From contig CADBSV010000055.1 in the NCBI GenBank assembly GCA_902797435.1, forward strand, positions 4,478 to 68,477: a stretch of DNA of 64,000 bases, given 5' to 3'. The translations under genes were made by a program, and so were the position numbers. The stretch's first letter is position 1; each line of letters starts with the position of its first letter. The DNA comes from an uncultured Bacteroidia bacterium. Lineage in GTDB: Bacteria > Bacteroidota > Bacteroidia > Bacteroidales > UBA932. Below, piece after piece: positions 39,486 through 49,300 of the stretch. The notes under the pieces were generated by a model, which did not search any database, was not told where the DNA came from, and saw nothing but the letters and a program-made list of their open reading frames with translations.

Positions 39486-40768
39486 TGGCACGGCCGAGGG
39501 GAACGTTCAATTCGCGTTTTGCGGCGATAATGGCTCTTGCGGGCAGTGCGATAGGCCTCGGCAACATCTGGCGTTTCCCCTATATGGTGGGGCAGCATGG
39601 CGGATCGGCTTTCATCATCGTCTATCTGGCATGCAGCCTGTTTTTATCGCTCCCGGTCTTCTTTGCCGAAGGGATACTTGGCAAAAGCTCCGGCCGGAAC
39701 GCTCTCGGAGCTCTTTCTTTGAAGGCTCCCCGCCTGCGCTGGGCAGGTTATGTGAGCATCATGGCATCCTTTGTCATCACATCGTACTACAGCGTCGTAG
39801 GCGGCTGGAGTTTCGACTACTTCATCCGCAGTCTTTCCGACGGATTCCATGGGCTGTCCTTTATCGATTCTGCCGGAATCTTCTCCGAAATGACCTCATC
39901 CCCCGCAGAGGTGCTCCTGTCCTTTTTCTGCTTCATCTCCCTCACCGCCGCGATAGTGCTGGCCGGAGTTGACAAGGGAATAGGCTTGTTTTCCAAAATA
40001 ATGATGCCGCTGCTTTTCGTGATGATAGTGGTGATAGTGGTAAAGTCGCTTTCGCTTCCGGGGGCCGGTGCCGGCATCAACTACCTCCTGCGGCCCGATT
40101 TCTCCAAACTCGACGGCCCAGCCATTGCGGGTGCGCTCGGCCAGAGTTTCTTCTCCCTCTCGCTCGGAGTGGGCTGCGTTCTTACCTATTGCTCCTATAT
40201 GCAGAAGGAAGAGAGCCTCGTCTCGACAGGTCTATGGACTGTGCTTTTCGATACGGTGTTCGCTCTGCTTGCCGGCTTTGCCGTGATGCCGGCTGTATTC
40301 TCGGTGCAGGGCCTGGAACCCGGAGCCGGCCCTTCGCTTGTGTATGAGACCCTTCCTGTGGTCTTTTCACAGATGGGGCCGCTGGTTCCGGTGATTTTCT
40401 TTCTGGCAGTGCTGGTGGCGGCGCTCACTTCGTCCATATCGATGTTCGAAGTTGTAGTGGCCTGGCTGATAGACGAAAAGAAACTGTCCCGCACGCAGGC
40501 CGTGCTGCTGGTGTATTTTTCAGCGCTTGCCCTTGGGGCGGTCTGCGCCCTTCTGCCACGCGTTTTCGCCTTCTGCGATTTTGCCACGAGCAATATCTTC
40601 ATGACATTCGGCGCCTTCATTTTCGTGGTGGTAGTGGGATGGATAATGCCCCGCCGGGAGGCCACAGCGGCGCTTGGCGGCAGCCGTTTCTTCGCTCCGG
40701 TTTATTTCCTCATCAAGTGGGTCTGCCCCACGGCCATACTGGCGATAGCTGTTACAAACCTGCTGTAG
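39485..40768 (+). CDS. Sodium-dependent transporter, NSS/SNF family
   Basis: AGSAIGLGNIWRFPY, YYSVVGGW, QSFFSLSLG, GPSL, AALTSSISMFE. Confidence 0.93.
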   Translation: MARPRGTFNSRFAAIMALAGSAIGLGNIWRFPYMVGQHGGSAFIIVYLACSLFLSLPVFFAEGILGKSSGRNALGALSLKAPRLRWAGYVSIMASFVITSYYSVVGGWSFDYFIRSLSDGFHGLSFIDSAGIFSEMTSSPAEVLLSFFCFISLTAAIVLAGVDKGIGLFSKIMMPLLFVMIVVIVVKSLSLPGAGAGINYLLRPDFSKLDGPAIAGALGQSFFSLSLGVGCVLTYCSYMQKEESLVSTGLWTVLFDTVFALLAGFAVMPAVFSVQGLEPGAGPSLVYETLPVVFSQMGPLVPVIFFLAVLVAALTSSISMFEVVVAWLIDEKKLSRTQAVLLVYFSALALGAVCALLPRVFAFCDFATSNIFMTFGAFIFVVVVGWIMPRREATAALGGSRFFAPVYFLIKWVCPTAILAIAVTNLL

Positions 40769-40791
40769 TCCCTTTCCTGGGGGCTGTACCG

Positions 40792-41646
40792 TCAGCGCCG
40801 CGAGGCGAGAAGGGCTTTTCCGAGTTCGCCTACATTTCCGAATACAAAGTCCGGGGGCCAGAGCTGCGGTGCTTTGGCAGGGTCGGCGGCATCCCTTCGC
40901 ACCTGCTCTACGGTTTCCATGGTCGTCTCTCCCGACAGCACCAGTATTCCCACCGCTCCGGCATTGTGTGCCATAGCGGTGTCGGTATAAATCCGGTCCC
41001 CGACCATCGCTATTTCGTCGGGGGCGAGAGAGAGCCTGTCCATGATTCCGAACAGCATGTCGGGATCGGGCTTGCCCAGCACCTTGTCCGGTTTTCGTCC
41101 GGTGGCCGTTTCTATGCACTTCTGAAGCGATCCGCAGTCCACAAGCACGGTTCTGTCCGGAGTGGGGCACACACGGTCGGGATTGGTGGCGATGTACGGT
41201 ACTCCCTGGGAGGCCCACCAGGCCGCCCGGCACAATTTCGGGTAGGTAAGAGTCGTGTCGAAAGCAACCACGAGCACGTCGGGCCTGTCGTCAGGTGAAT
41301 CCTGGCAGGCCTCGAATCCCGCTTTCTCAAATTGTCCTGCCATGCTGGGCGTACCCAACAGAAAGAGCCTTTTTGCGCCCGGCCAGGTTTTACGGATGTA
41401 ATCTATGGCAGCAAGAGAAGTCGTGTACATGTTCTCTTCAGAGGCCTCTATCCCGAGCCTGGAGAGTTTCTCGAGGTAGTCGGCCACGCTCCTGGTAGGG
41501 TTGTTGGTAAGGAAAGAATACCCTATTCCGGCGCTGCGCAGCTCTTCCAGAAAGCCGAGCGTCCAAGGAAACAGCCTGTCTCCCAGATAGAGGGTCCCGT
41601 CCATATCGAGGGCGAGATGCCTGATGCGCGAAAGGTCCTTGCTCAT
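40792..41646 (-). CDS. HAD-IIA family phosphatase (NagD/AraL-like)
   Basis: DMDGT, TNN, ATNPD, GKP, MVGDRIYTD, LVLSGET. ATGA overlap with the upstream gene. Confidence 0.9.
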   Translation of the reverse strand: MSKDLSRIRHLALDMDGTLYLGDRLFPWTLGFLEELRSAGIGYSFLTNNPTRSVADYLEKLSRLGIEASEENMYTTSLAAIDYIRKTWPGAKRLFLLGTPSMAGQFEKAGFEACQDSPDDRPDVLVVAFDTTLTYPKLCRAAWWASQGVPYIATNPDRVCPTPDRTVLVDCGSLQKCIETATGRKPDKVLGKPDPDMLFGIMDRLSLAPDEIAMVGDRIYTDTAMAHNAGAVGILVLSGETTMETVEQVRRDAADPAKAPQLWPPDFVFGNVGELGKALLASRR

Positions 41647-42524
41647 TTGAGTATCCACATCCCGTCCTGTCCCTGCAGGACGAATCTGCCGCAGGTCATC
41701 GAAATATCTTCAAGTTCTCCGGTGGTGCAGTCCCCAAGAAAAACCTCCTCCATAGTGTGCTTGCGTAAATCCCACACGTAAAGAACTGAAGGGGCTGCGG
41801 CCGTCCCGAGCCCTGTGGGCATATAGAGTTTTCCCCTCCGCACATACAGTCCCTGCCCGACAGGATTGAATCTGAAGTCCGATACGTCTTCGATAAGGTA
41901 GTCTTCCAGGGCATCCTCGCGATGAAGGATTATCAGCGGCCCGTCCGAAGGTTTTGGAAGCGGAAACACTATTACCCTGTGTTTGTTGGAAGGGTCGGAG
42001 TTGTTGATGGTGTTGCCGTAGCCTATCAGATGCCTTCTGCGCAGGTCCACCACCCACTGAAGGGCATAGCCGAAATCGCCTTCGGTATCGTCATACACTA
42101 TGGTCTGCACGAGTTCCGAAGAGGAATAGTCCGGGGCAATCCTCTCCACATAACAGGGATCCTTGTAATTCCCCAGTTGCTTTTTGCTGCAATGGCTCAC
42201 GTACAGCAGAGGAAGAGGGTCTTTCCGGGAAGCTTTCCACGGTCCGAAAGAAGCCACGTTGGCATGGTTTGCCTTCGAAAAAGAGTCCAGGCGGAACTGT
42301 CCGAGCACGCTCTTTCCTTTGCCGGAAAGACGGTAAACGGTGGCTATTCCCTGGTTCTGCAGGCTCACCGCGGTGCGCCCCTTCACGTCCATCCCCTGAT
42401 ACGAGAATCCTTTCTGTCCGGGATTCACCCCTTCGAGGGGCCCAAGGTAAATTGTCTTCGGCTGCGCTATGGCTGAAAGCCCCGCAAACACAAGGCAGGA
42501 GAGCAGGGTGCTAATTCTTTTCAT
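41643..42524 (-). CDS. Secreted hypothetical protein, probable beta-propeller
   Basis: Signal peptide MKRISTLL...AIAQ; beta-rich with YQGMDV, NHANVASF, GQGLYV..GKLYMPTG, GELEDIS. Confidence 0.65.
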   Translation of the reverse strand: MKRISTLLSCLVFAGLSAIAQPKTIYLGPLEGVNPGQKGFSYQGMDVKGRTAVSLQNQGIATVYRLSGKGKSVLGQFRLDSFSKANHANVASFGPWKASRKDPLPLLYVSHCSKKQLGNYKDPCYVERIAPDYSSSELVQTIVYDDTEGDFGYALQWVVDLRRRHLIGYGNTINNSDPSNKHRVIVFPLPKPSDGPLIILHREDALEDYLIEDVSDFRFNPVGQGLYVRRGKLYMPTGLGTAAAPSVLYVWDLRKHTMEEVFLGDCTTGELEDISMTCGRFVLQGQDGMWILK

Positions 42525-43845
42525 GAACATATCCATCGTCCTTGATATTCCAGATTGTGGCTATGAGGATGCCGCCGCCCACGGCGATGCAGGCCATGAT
42601 AAGGAAAAGATTGTTCCAGAATCCGTCGCCGAAACGGTCGGAAAGGAACCCCACGCCTATGCCGGTGAAAAGGGTGCTGATGTAGCTGAACAGGCCTATG
42701 AACCCTGCGGCTGCGGAAGCGGCCTTCTTGGTGACCTGATTACCTGAAATGACTGCGAAGAGAGCCTGAGGCCCGTACAGGAAAAAGCCTGCCAGGGCCA
42801 GAAGTACCAGCATCACGACAGGAGATGTGCCTTCCGGGAGAAAGTGGATGGCAAGCAGGCAGACGCCCGTGAGTATCATTTCAATGACGCATACCCTCTG
42901 TCCGCGGGAGTGGAACAGATGGTCGGTAATCCAACCGGCGGCGAGCATTCCGAGGCAGCCCGCGATTTCGAAGATGCCGATGGTCCAGCCTGCAAGCTGG
43001 GGCGACAGCTGCTGTTCTCCCTGCTGGAGGAACTTCGGGCCCCAGTCGAGCACGGCGAAACGCACTATGTAGAGCATCATCGCGGTGGTGGCGATGACCC
43101 ATACGACCGGATTGCGGAAGACTTTCTGCATCACGAATTTACGGTATCCCTCGCCGCTGTCGTCATCGTCCAGTTCGGTCTTGGTGTCGGGCAGTTCGGG
43201 GAGGCCTACCGAAGACGGGGTGTCCCTGAGCGTGAGAATGATGAAGAGCACGCCGGCGGCGGCGATGGCTGCCGGAATCCAGAAGCACCAGCGCCAGCCC
43301 ATGGTGGCAACGATGGAGCCGCATACCACTGAGACTACAGCGGCACCGATGGAGTGAGACATGTTCCAGATGGACATTTTGGTAGCCAGTTCCTTCGGCG
43401 GAACCCAGTGCACCATAAGCCTGTTGCAGGGCCCGAATCCGGCCCCCTGGAAGACATTGTTCAGGATGAGCAGAACCGCCATTATGGTAACCATCCCGCC
43501 AACGAAATCGGGTCCCTCCGTCTGTCCGGTGATGATATGGCTCAGGTCGGCGCTCCATCCGAAAATCACGTTGAGGATTACGCAGGCGGAAAGCCCTATT
43601 GCCAGATGCCAGCGTGCGTTGGCCCTGTCTGCGATGAACCCGTTGAGAAACTTGGATACTCCGTACACCAGCCCGGCAAGAGAGAGGATGATACCAAAAC
43701 TCGTGTCCGTTATTCCGTATTCCTCACCAAGGGCGGGCATTGCAAAAGAGAAGTTCTTCCGTACGAAATAGAAGACGGAATAACCTATCATGGAGCAGAT
43801 TATTACTCTCCACTGCCAGTAAGCGAAACTGTGTCTGGTTTTCAT
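42511..43845 (-). CDS. MFS organophosphate:Pi antiporter (OPA family, GlpT/UhpT-like)
   Basis: YFVRKNFS, YGVSKF, WNMSH, LRDTP..GLP, YIVRF..LDWGP, YGPQ, all matching GlpT-family substrate residues. Confidence 0.9.
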   Translation of the reverse strand: MKTRHSFAYWQWRVIICSMIGYSVFYFVRKNFSFAMPALGEEYGITDTSFGIILSLAGLVYGVSKFLNGFIADRANARWHLAIGLSACVILNVIFGWSADLSHIITGQTEGPDFVGGMVTIMAVLLILNNVFQGAGFGPCNRLMVHWVPPKELATKMSIWNMSHSIGAAVVSVVCGSIVATMGWRWCFWIPAAIAAAGVLFIILTLRDTPSSVGLPELPDTKTELDDDDSGEGYRKFVMQKVFRNPVVWVIATTAMMLYIVRFAVLDWGPKFLQQGEQQLSPQLAGWTIGIFEIAGCLGMLAAGWITDHLFHSRGQRVCVIEMILTGVCLLAIHFLPEGTSPVVMLVLLALAGFFLYGPQALFAVISGNQVTKKAASAAAGFIGLFSYISTLFTGIGVGFLSDRFGDGFWNNLFLIMACIAVGGGILIATIWNIKDDGYVHEKN

Positions 43846-45257
43846 ATCTCGAACACTCCTCCGCGTGCGAACAAAGGTGAAACTATTTCATCATAAAAGC
43901 AACCCCTCTTGGCAAGATCCAGCACGTTGTAGCGGAAGCGCATCATCTGAACCAGAGGGAACATGTCGCGGATCTGCGCGTTCGTAAGCCCGATATCCTG
44001 CGGACTTGCCGGTGCTCCCGAAGCCTTCAGCAGAGCATGCATCTTCTCATAGGGATAAACCTGCCTGCGGAGCTTTTCCCTGAATTCCGGCCATTCGGCC
44101 TTGAGCTTTGCAAGCTCTGTGCGGACAACTTCCTTAGGAGCATATTTTTTTGTCATCTCGGTATATCCCAGTTTCGGCAGCGGGAAATCCCGGAACAGTT
44201 CCAGTGCCCTCTGCTGCTCCTCTTCCAGGGACGGCCAGGCCTGCACGCAGCGCTCGACGTCCAGTTTGGTAAGGTCGAGGCGGAAAAGCTGGTCGAAGAC
44301 GGCGCACATCGTGAGGGTTCCCACCGCCACTTGGAATCCGTGAGATACCAGTTTGCCCTTGTAGTGCCAGCCGGTCATGTCGAGGATGTGGCTGAACAGG
44401 TGGTCGCAGCAGGACGCCGGTCTTGAAGAGCGGGCCGCCTGCATGGCGATGCCGCTCAGGGTGAGCCCTTCGAATACATCTGCGATGGCTTCGGGATCGC
44501 CCTCCGCTATTCCCTGCGGATTGGAGAGGAAGCCGTCCAGATGGTCCTGAAGCACATGCCAGGCGTCGGCATGAATGGGCTCAGTCCCTACGAAATCCGA
44601 TATCATCCATTCCGCTCCGGCCGGAACTTTCGCAGCGAGGTCGGCATAGCCTGCGGCCGACATTTCTTTCGGAGCCGAGGCGATAACTGTCATGTCGGCT
44701 ATGATGGCCACGGGAGCGGGACAGGAGAAGGTTTGCTTTGAACCGCCATAGGTGATGGATGCCCCGAACGAGGAGTATCCGTCAACCGAAGCTGCGGTCG
44801 GAAGGGTAAGATAGGACTGTCCGTGATGCGAGGAAGAAAGCTTGCAGAGATCGTTTATAACCCCGGAACCCACCGACACCAGAACGTATTCAGCTTTTCC
44901 GTAAGGGCCTTCCGGGCTGCCTTCCTTGTAGTATGGGTCGTTCTCCACTTCTCGGGCTTTTTCGAAACGGCCTTCGGCCAGATGGTCGGTCATCTCCACA
45001 TAGCGCCAGTCTGCATGAAACTCCTCCTTGTCGATGATGTACTTCTCCACGGGAATACCCTCCTTGCGGAACAGGCCGTAGAGCTTTTCTCCAAGCGCGG
45101 GCCAAGTGTGTACATCCGACAGAATAAGCGCCTTCCTACCCGGGAAGTGCTGCCTGAATATGGACGGAGCCTTTTCAGACACCCCTTCTCCCATGATGAA
45201 TTCCTTTGTATCCGTCGCTATGGAAAGCGCGAATCTTATCCTTTCTTCTCTTCTCAT
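43842..45257 (-). CDS. sn-glycerol-1-phosphate dehydrogenase family protein (AraM/EgsA-like)
   Basis: GSGVINDLCK, PTAASVDGYSS, AAGYADLAAK, SRPAS..HLFSH, HGFQV. Confidence 0.85.
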   Translation of the reverse strand: MRREERIRFALSIATDTKEFIMGEGVSEKAPSIFRQHFPGRKALILSDVHTWPALGEKLYGLFRKEGIPVEKYIIDKEEFHADWRYVEMTDHLAEGRFEKAREVENDPYYKEGSPEGPYGKAEYVLVSVGSGVINDLCKLSSSHHGQSYLTLPTAASVDGYSSFGASITYGGSKQTFSCPAPVAIIADMTVIASAPKEMSAAGYADLAAKVPAGAEWMISDFVGTEPIHADAWHVLQDHLDGFLSNPQGIAEGDPEAIADVFEGLTLSGIAMQAARSSRPASCCDHLFSHILDMTGWHYKGKLVSHGFQVAVGTLTMCAVFDQLFRLDLTKLDVERCVQAWPSLEEEQQRALELFRDFPLPKLGYTEMTKKYAPKEVVRTELAKLKAEWPEFREKLRRQVYPYEKMHALLKASGAPASPQDIGLTNAQIRDMFPLVQMMRFRYNVLDLAKRGCFYDEIVSPLFARGGVFEI

Positions 45258-45283
45258 TTTATTTATTTATACTATTTTTGCGT

Positions 45284-46351
45284 ATGGTTAAATCTTCTCA
45301 GGTTCCAACTATTTTCGACGTAGCCCGCGAAGCAGGAGTTGCAAGGGCCACGGTTGACAGGGTTATCTACAACCGGGGCGGAGTGTCCGGCGACACCATC
45401 AAAAAGGTGCGCTCCGCGATAGAGAAGCTCGGTTATACCACCAATCCCATTGCATCCCGTCTGGCTTCCAAGAAACGTCTCACGATATCCGTTCTCATCC
45501 CCGATTTCGAACCCGGAGAATACTGGTCCGTGGCCTACAAGGGTTTCGTGGACGGCGTCAAGAGCGCCCGGAACTACGACATCGACCTTGACATGCATCT
45601 GTTCGACTCCAACGACATCTCGTCTTTCCGGAGAGAAAGCCGAAGGATACTTGACAAACGTCCTTCCGGGGTAATCACCAACGTGGTGTTCGCCGATGCG
45701 GTCAAGGCTTTTGCCTCGGAACTTGAAACTGCCGGCATCCCCTATGCGTTCGTGGACCAGAAGATAGACGGACTTGCCTACAGGCTGTACTTCGGGGCCG
45801 ATCCACGCGAGGCCGGCGCTCTTGGAGCTTATCTTCTTACCCACCGCATGAACGTTCGTGAGATAGTCATGATCCGTATTATCCGCGACCCCCGTCAGAA
45901 TGCCGACCCCAACAAGGTGCGAAGGGAGGGTTTTCTGGACTACATCACGGAGCATTTCCCCTCCTGCAAGGTTCATACGGTGTTCATCCATCCCGACAAT
46001 CTCGAAGAAATAGACGGCATTCTCGACAGCTTCTTCAAGGCGCATCCCGGTGTCAAGCATGTGACCATGGCCAATTCCCGTATCCATCTTATCGCCGACT
46101 ATCTGCGGGCGCATCCCGATCCGGAGCGTCACGTCGTAGGCTTCGATGACCTCGAAAAGAACATCGAAGCCTTGCGTGAAGGCCTTGTGGAGTACCTTGT
46201 AACCCGTAATATCCCCATGCAGTCGTATTACACCATCTCCCGTCTTGCCGAGTCCCTCGTGGGCAGCGGCATTCCGGTAAAGAAGGATAATTATATGCAC
46301 ATGGACATTCTCCATAGTCTCAACTGCAAGGATTACGAGTTCAAGGCCTGA
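45284..46351 (+). CDS. LacI-family transcriptional regulator
   Basis: TIFDVAREAGVARATVDRV HTH, LGY..N..A..L hinge, periplasmic-binding-like core with VVGFD. TATTTTTG lies just upstream of the ATG. Confidence 0.92.
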   Translation: MVKSSQVPTIFDVAREAGVARATVDRVIYNRGGVSGDTIKKVRSAIEKLGYTTNPIASRLASKKRLTISVLIPDFEPGEYWSVAYKGFVDGVKSARNYDIDLDMHLFDSNDISSFRRESRRILDKRPSGVITNVVFADAVKAFASELETAGIPYAFVDQKIDGLAYRLYFGADPREAGALGAYLLTHRMNVREIVMIRIIRDPRQNADPNKVRREGFLDYITEHFPSCKVHTVFIHPDNLEEIDGILDSFFKAHPGVKHVTMANSRIHLIADYLRAHPDPERHVVGFDDLEKNIEALREGLVEYLVTRNIPMQSYYTISRLAESLVGSGIPVKKDNYMHMDILHSLNCKDYEFKA

Positions 46352-46352
46352 G

Positions 46353-49300
46353 TCATTCAATCACGATATTCGTCAGGGTGCCGGTGGAGGCGAAAGTTCC
46401 GCCGTCTGAAGACTGCGACACCAGATTGTCCGTGGTAAGAGATGCCACCGCGGCTCCGTTCACCTTGGAACCGGCAGCCACGACGCATTTGGCCGTGCTG
46501 CCGAACGTGTGCGTGAGACCGTTCGCCTGAAGTCCGCCTACATAGAGGCCGGGCACATTGCCTCCGGCAGCTCCGGTGAGCGTGCCGTCGAAGGAACATC
46601 CGTTGAAGGCGGCATTGCCGTTACTCTTGCCGAGCAACCCTCCGGTATAGACTTTACTGGTGGAGCCGGAAGTGTTGATGCTTCCCTTGAACGACCAGTT
46701 AAGCAGGTTCGTGGCGGCGGTGTATGCGCTCACGCCTCCCACTTCGGAATAGTCCCTCCCGGTGCAGTTGGCGGTAATGTCGCATTCCACCACGGAACCC
46801 GTCGCGGTCTGGTTCATGTAGGCGTTGATACCTCCGATACGCATCTTGGCATGTCCGGTGTAGGTGATGTCTCCGTAGTTCTTGCAATTCGTGAATACGT
46901 GCGAGGCTGCGGAAGTGCCGGAAACTCCGCCGAGGTAATAGAAGCCGGTGTTAGAGGAATTCTCTATCGAGAGGGTGATGCTGCCGTGGTTCTCCACTCC
47001 GTTGTGGGTGACGTTTCCAGAACCGGGCTTTGCGATGCTTCCGAACACTCCGCCCACCCAGCTCTGACCCACAGTGCCGAGTGCAGCGGAGATGTTGCCG
47101 GTGTTGCTGCATGCTGTGGACAGTCCCTGCGCGGCCCCTTCTCCGATGACTCCGCCGAGCACCACCTGCTTCCCGTCATGGGATACTACGGTGACCTTGC
47201 CGGAGTTGCTGCCGGAGAAAGTTGATACGGCATAACCTACCGCCCCGCCCATCTGGAGTTTGGCTGCTAAATTATCCTTTGCATTGGTTGTGAGAGTTAC
47301 GGCTCCGCTGTTGACGCAGTCGCTCGCAGCTCCTCCGGCACGGCCGATGGCTCCACCAACAATAAGCTGTGTAGCCAGCTGTTTGTAATTCTCCGGATTA
47401 TCTTTGGAAGTAGAGGAACGTATAAGCAGACAGTCGAATTTGCCGCTGTTGGTGATGCCCGCGGCGGTTCTTGCCGCAAATCCTATGACTCCTCCTGCAC
47501 GCACGTAGGCGCCCTTGCTCTCCACCCTGACTGTACCGTCGTTCGAACAGTCGGAAACGGGAACGGCCGAGTATCCGGCGACTCCTCCGAAGTTGAATGC
47601 GGTTTCGTTTGTGTAAGCCATCCATCCCTTGAAATCTACGGTTCCGTGGTTGTGGCAGTCTGAAAGGCTGTATGAGCTTGCTTCTGCAGAGGGACCTGTC
47701 TGTCCCACTATGCCGCCGGCTGCAAACTCTCCTGTGACTCCGCAGCCCTGATTGCCTGTTCCGCCTCCTGCGAAGGTGCCCGATATCGAAACCTTTCCGT
47801 AATTGTGACATCCGGAAGTGTTTCTGAGCACGAAGGCTGCCACGCCGCCGATGGATGTGCCGGTGGCGCAGGCTCCGTCTTCCTTGGTGGGGATGGTTAC
47901 GCTCACCTGACCCTTGGACGGGTCGCCGGCCACGCCGTTGGTACAGCCGGTCACATTGCCCTCGAAGTATCCTACGACTCCGCCCACTTTGATATAGTTG
48001 CCCGAACCTGCCGCTCCTTCATTTTCGGCAAGCGAGCCGCCGTTGGTGGATATGTAGCTGATGTTGCCGGTGTTCACGCAGTCTTCCATGGTGCCCTTCG
48101 AAGCGGTTGCATTAGCAATTGTCGTAGTGGAAGTACCGGCTGAAATACCTCCGAGATAGATGTACTTGCCTAAGGCTTCCACCCTGTAGGTGAGGTTGCC
48201 GTTGTTCACGTTGGCTTTGAGGCCGAGCCTGTCACCGGAGTTGATGTATCCCACGATTCCTCCCATATAGACGTTCTGGCTTGCCGCCGTTGCGGTGACG
48301 GCGACACTGCCGTTGTTGGTGCAGTTCTGCACCAGACCGTATGAACGTCCTGCGATGGGCGAGAGCACCGCCGACTCGCTGCCGGTGATGCTCACCGTCT
48401 GGGTTATGCTTGCATTGTTGACGATTCCGTCAAGAACGCCTCCCGAGAGCACTTCCTGGGCAACGAATCCGAACGGCCCTGCAGGAGTTTCTGCAAACCG
48501 GAGTTCGCAGCTGGAATCGATAGTCAGGTCTTTTATCGTTCCCGAAATCTTCTGCATAAGACTCTCTCCCAAACTCTTCCAGTTCCTGAGGCTGTGTCCC
48601 TTTCCGTCGAGGGTTCCGGCGAAGAGCGGAGCGGCCGTAAGGGTCACATCGGTAAGGTCTATGTCGTTTTCAACCGTTACGATTTCTTCGGCCTCGTAGG
48701 TGTCTGCCGCCTCCAGGAAAGCGATAAGGTCCTGAGCGTTGCGTATTTGCATTATCTTTGTCTGAGGCCTGTATTCTACGAGTTCAACCTTGATGTCGTC
48801 AATGAGCATGCGCCTCTGGCTGCCTGCGGCTCCTTCCCTGCGGGTCGATACGGCAAGCCTTTCTCCGGGCTGAACGAGGAACTCATAGCTGAATTCCTTC
48901 CACTCATGGTTTTCTCCTATGGTGAAATTCTCCTTCTGGCTGACGGTATAGTCTTTAAGTACGCTTACCCCGCTTTCTGCGCTGTTGATGACCATTGCGG
49001 AAGCCGTAAGCGGATCGTTCACCGACTCCCGGAAAGGATGGGCCTTGAAACTAAGGCGTACAAGAGCCCTTTCGCTGAGGCAGGAAAGCGCCGGGGTCAC
49101 TATGCCTCCGGTCATATTTCCTGAGCCGAGTTTTATATATCCCGGCCTGCAGAGCACCTTTCCGTCCGAATTGTCTTCCGCTATCGAAGTCCAGTCCTTG
49201 AGCCTGCTGGATGCCACGGCGCTCCTGAGAGTGTTGAAAAGGCCTATTTCGACCCCCGGAGAAACCAGATACCATTTATGCTCGAAGCCGCCTATTGTCT

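Noticed and set aside
43842-45257. Archaeal-type ether lipid biosynthesis operon
   Set aside because: No GGGP/DGGGP synthase or prenyltransferase is in the window. The neighbours (importer, phosphatase, LacI) point to catabolism, although biosynthesis cannot be excluded genome-wide.
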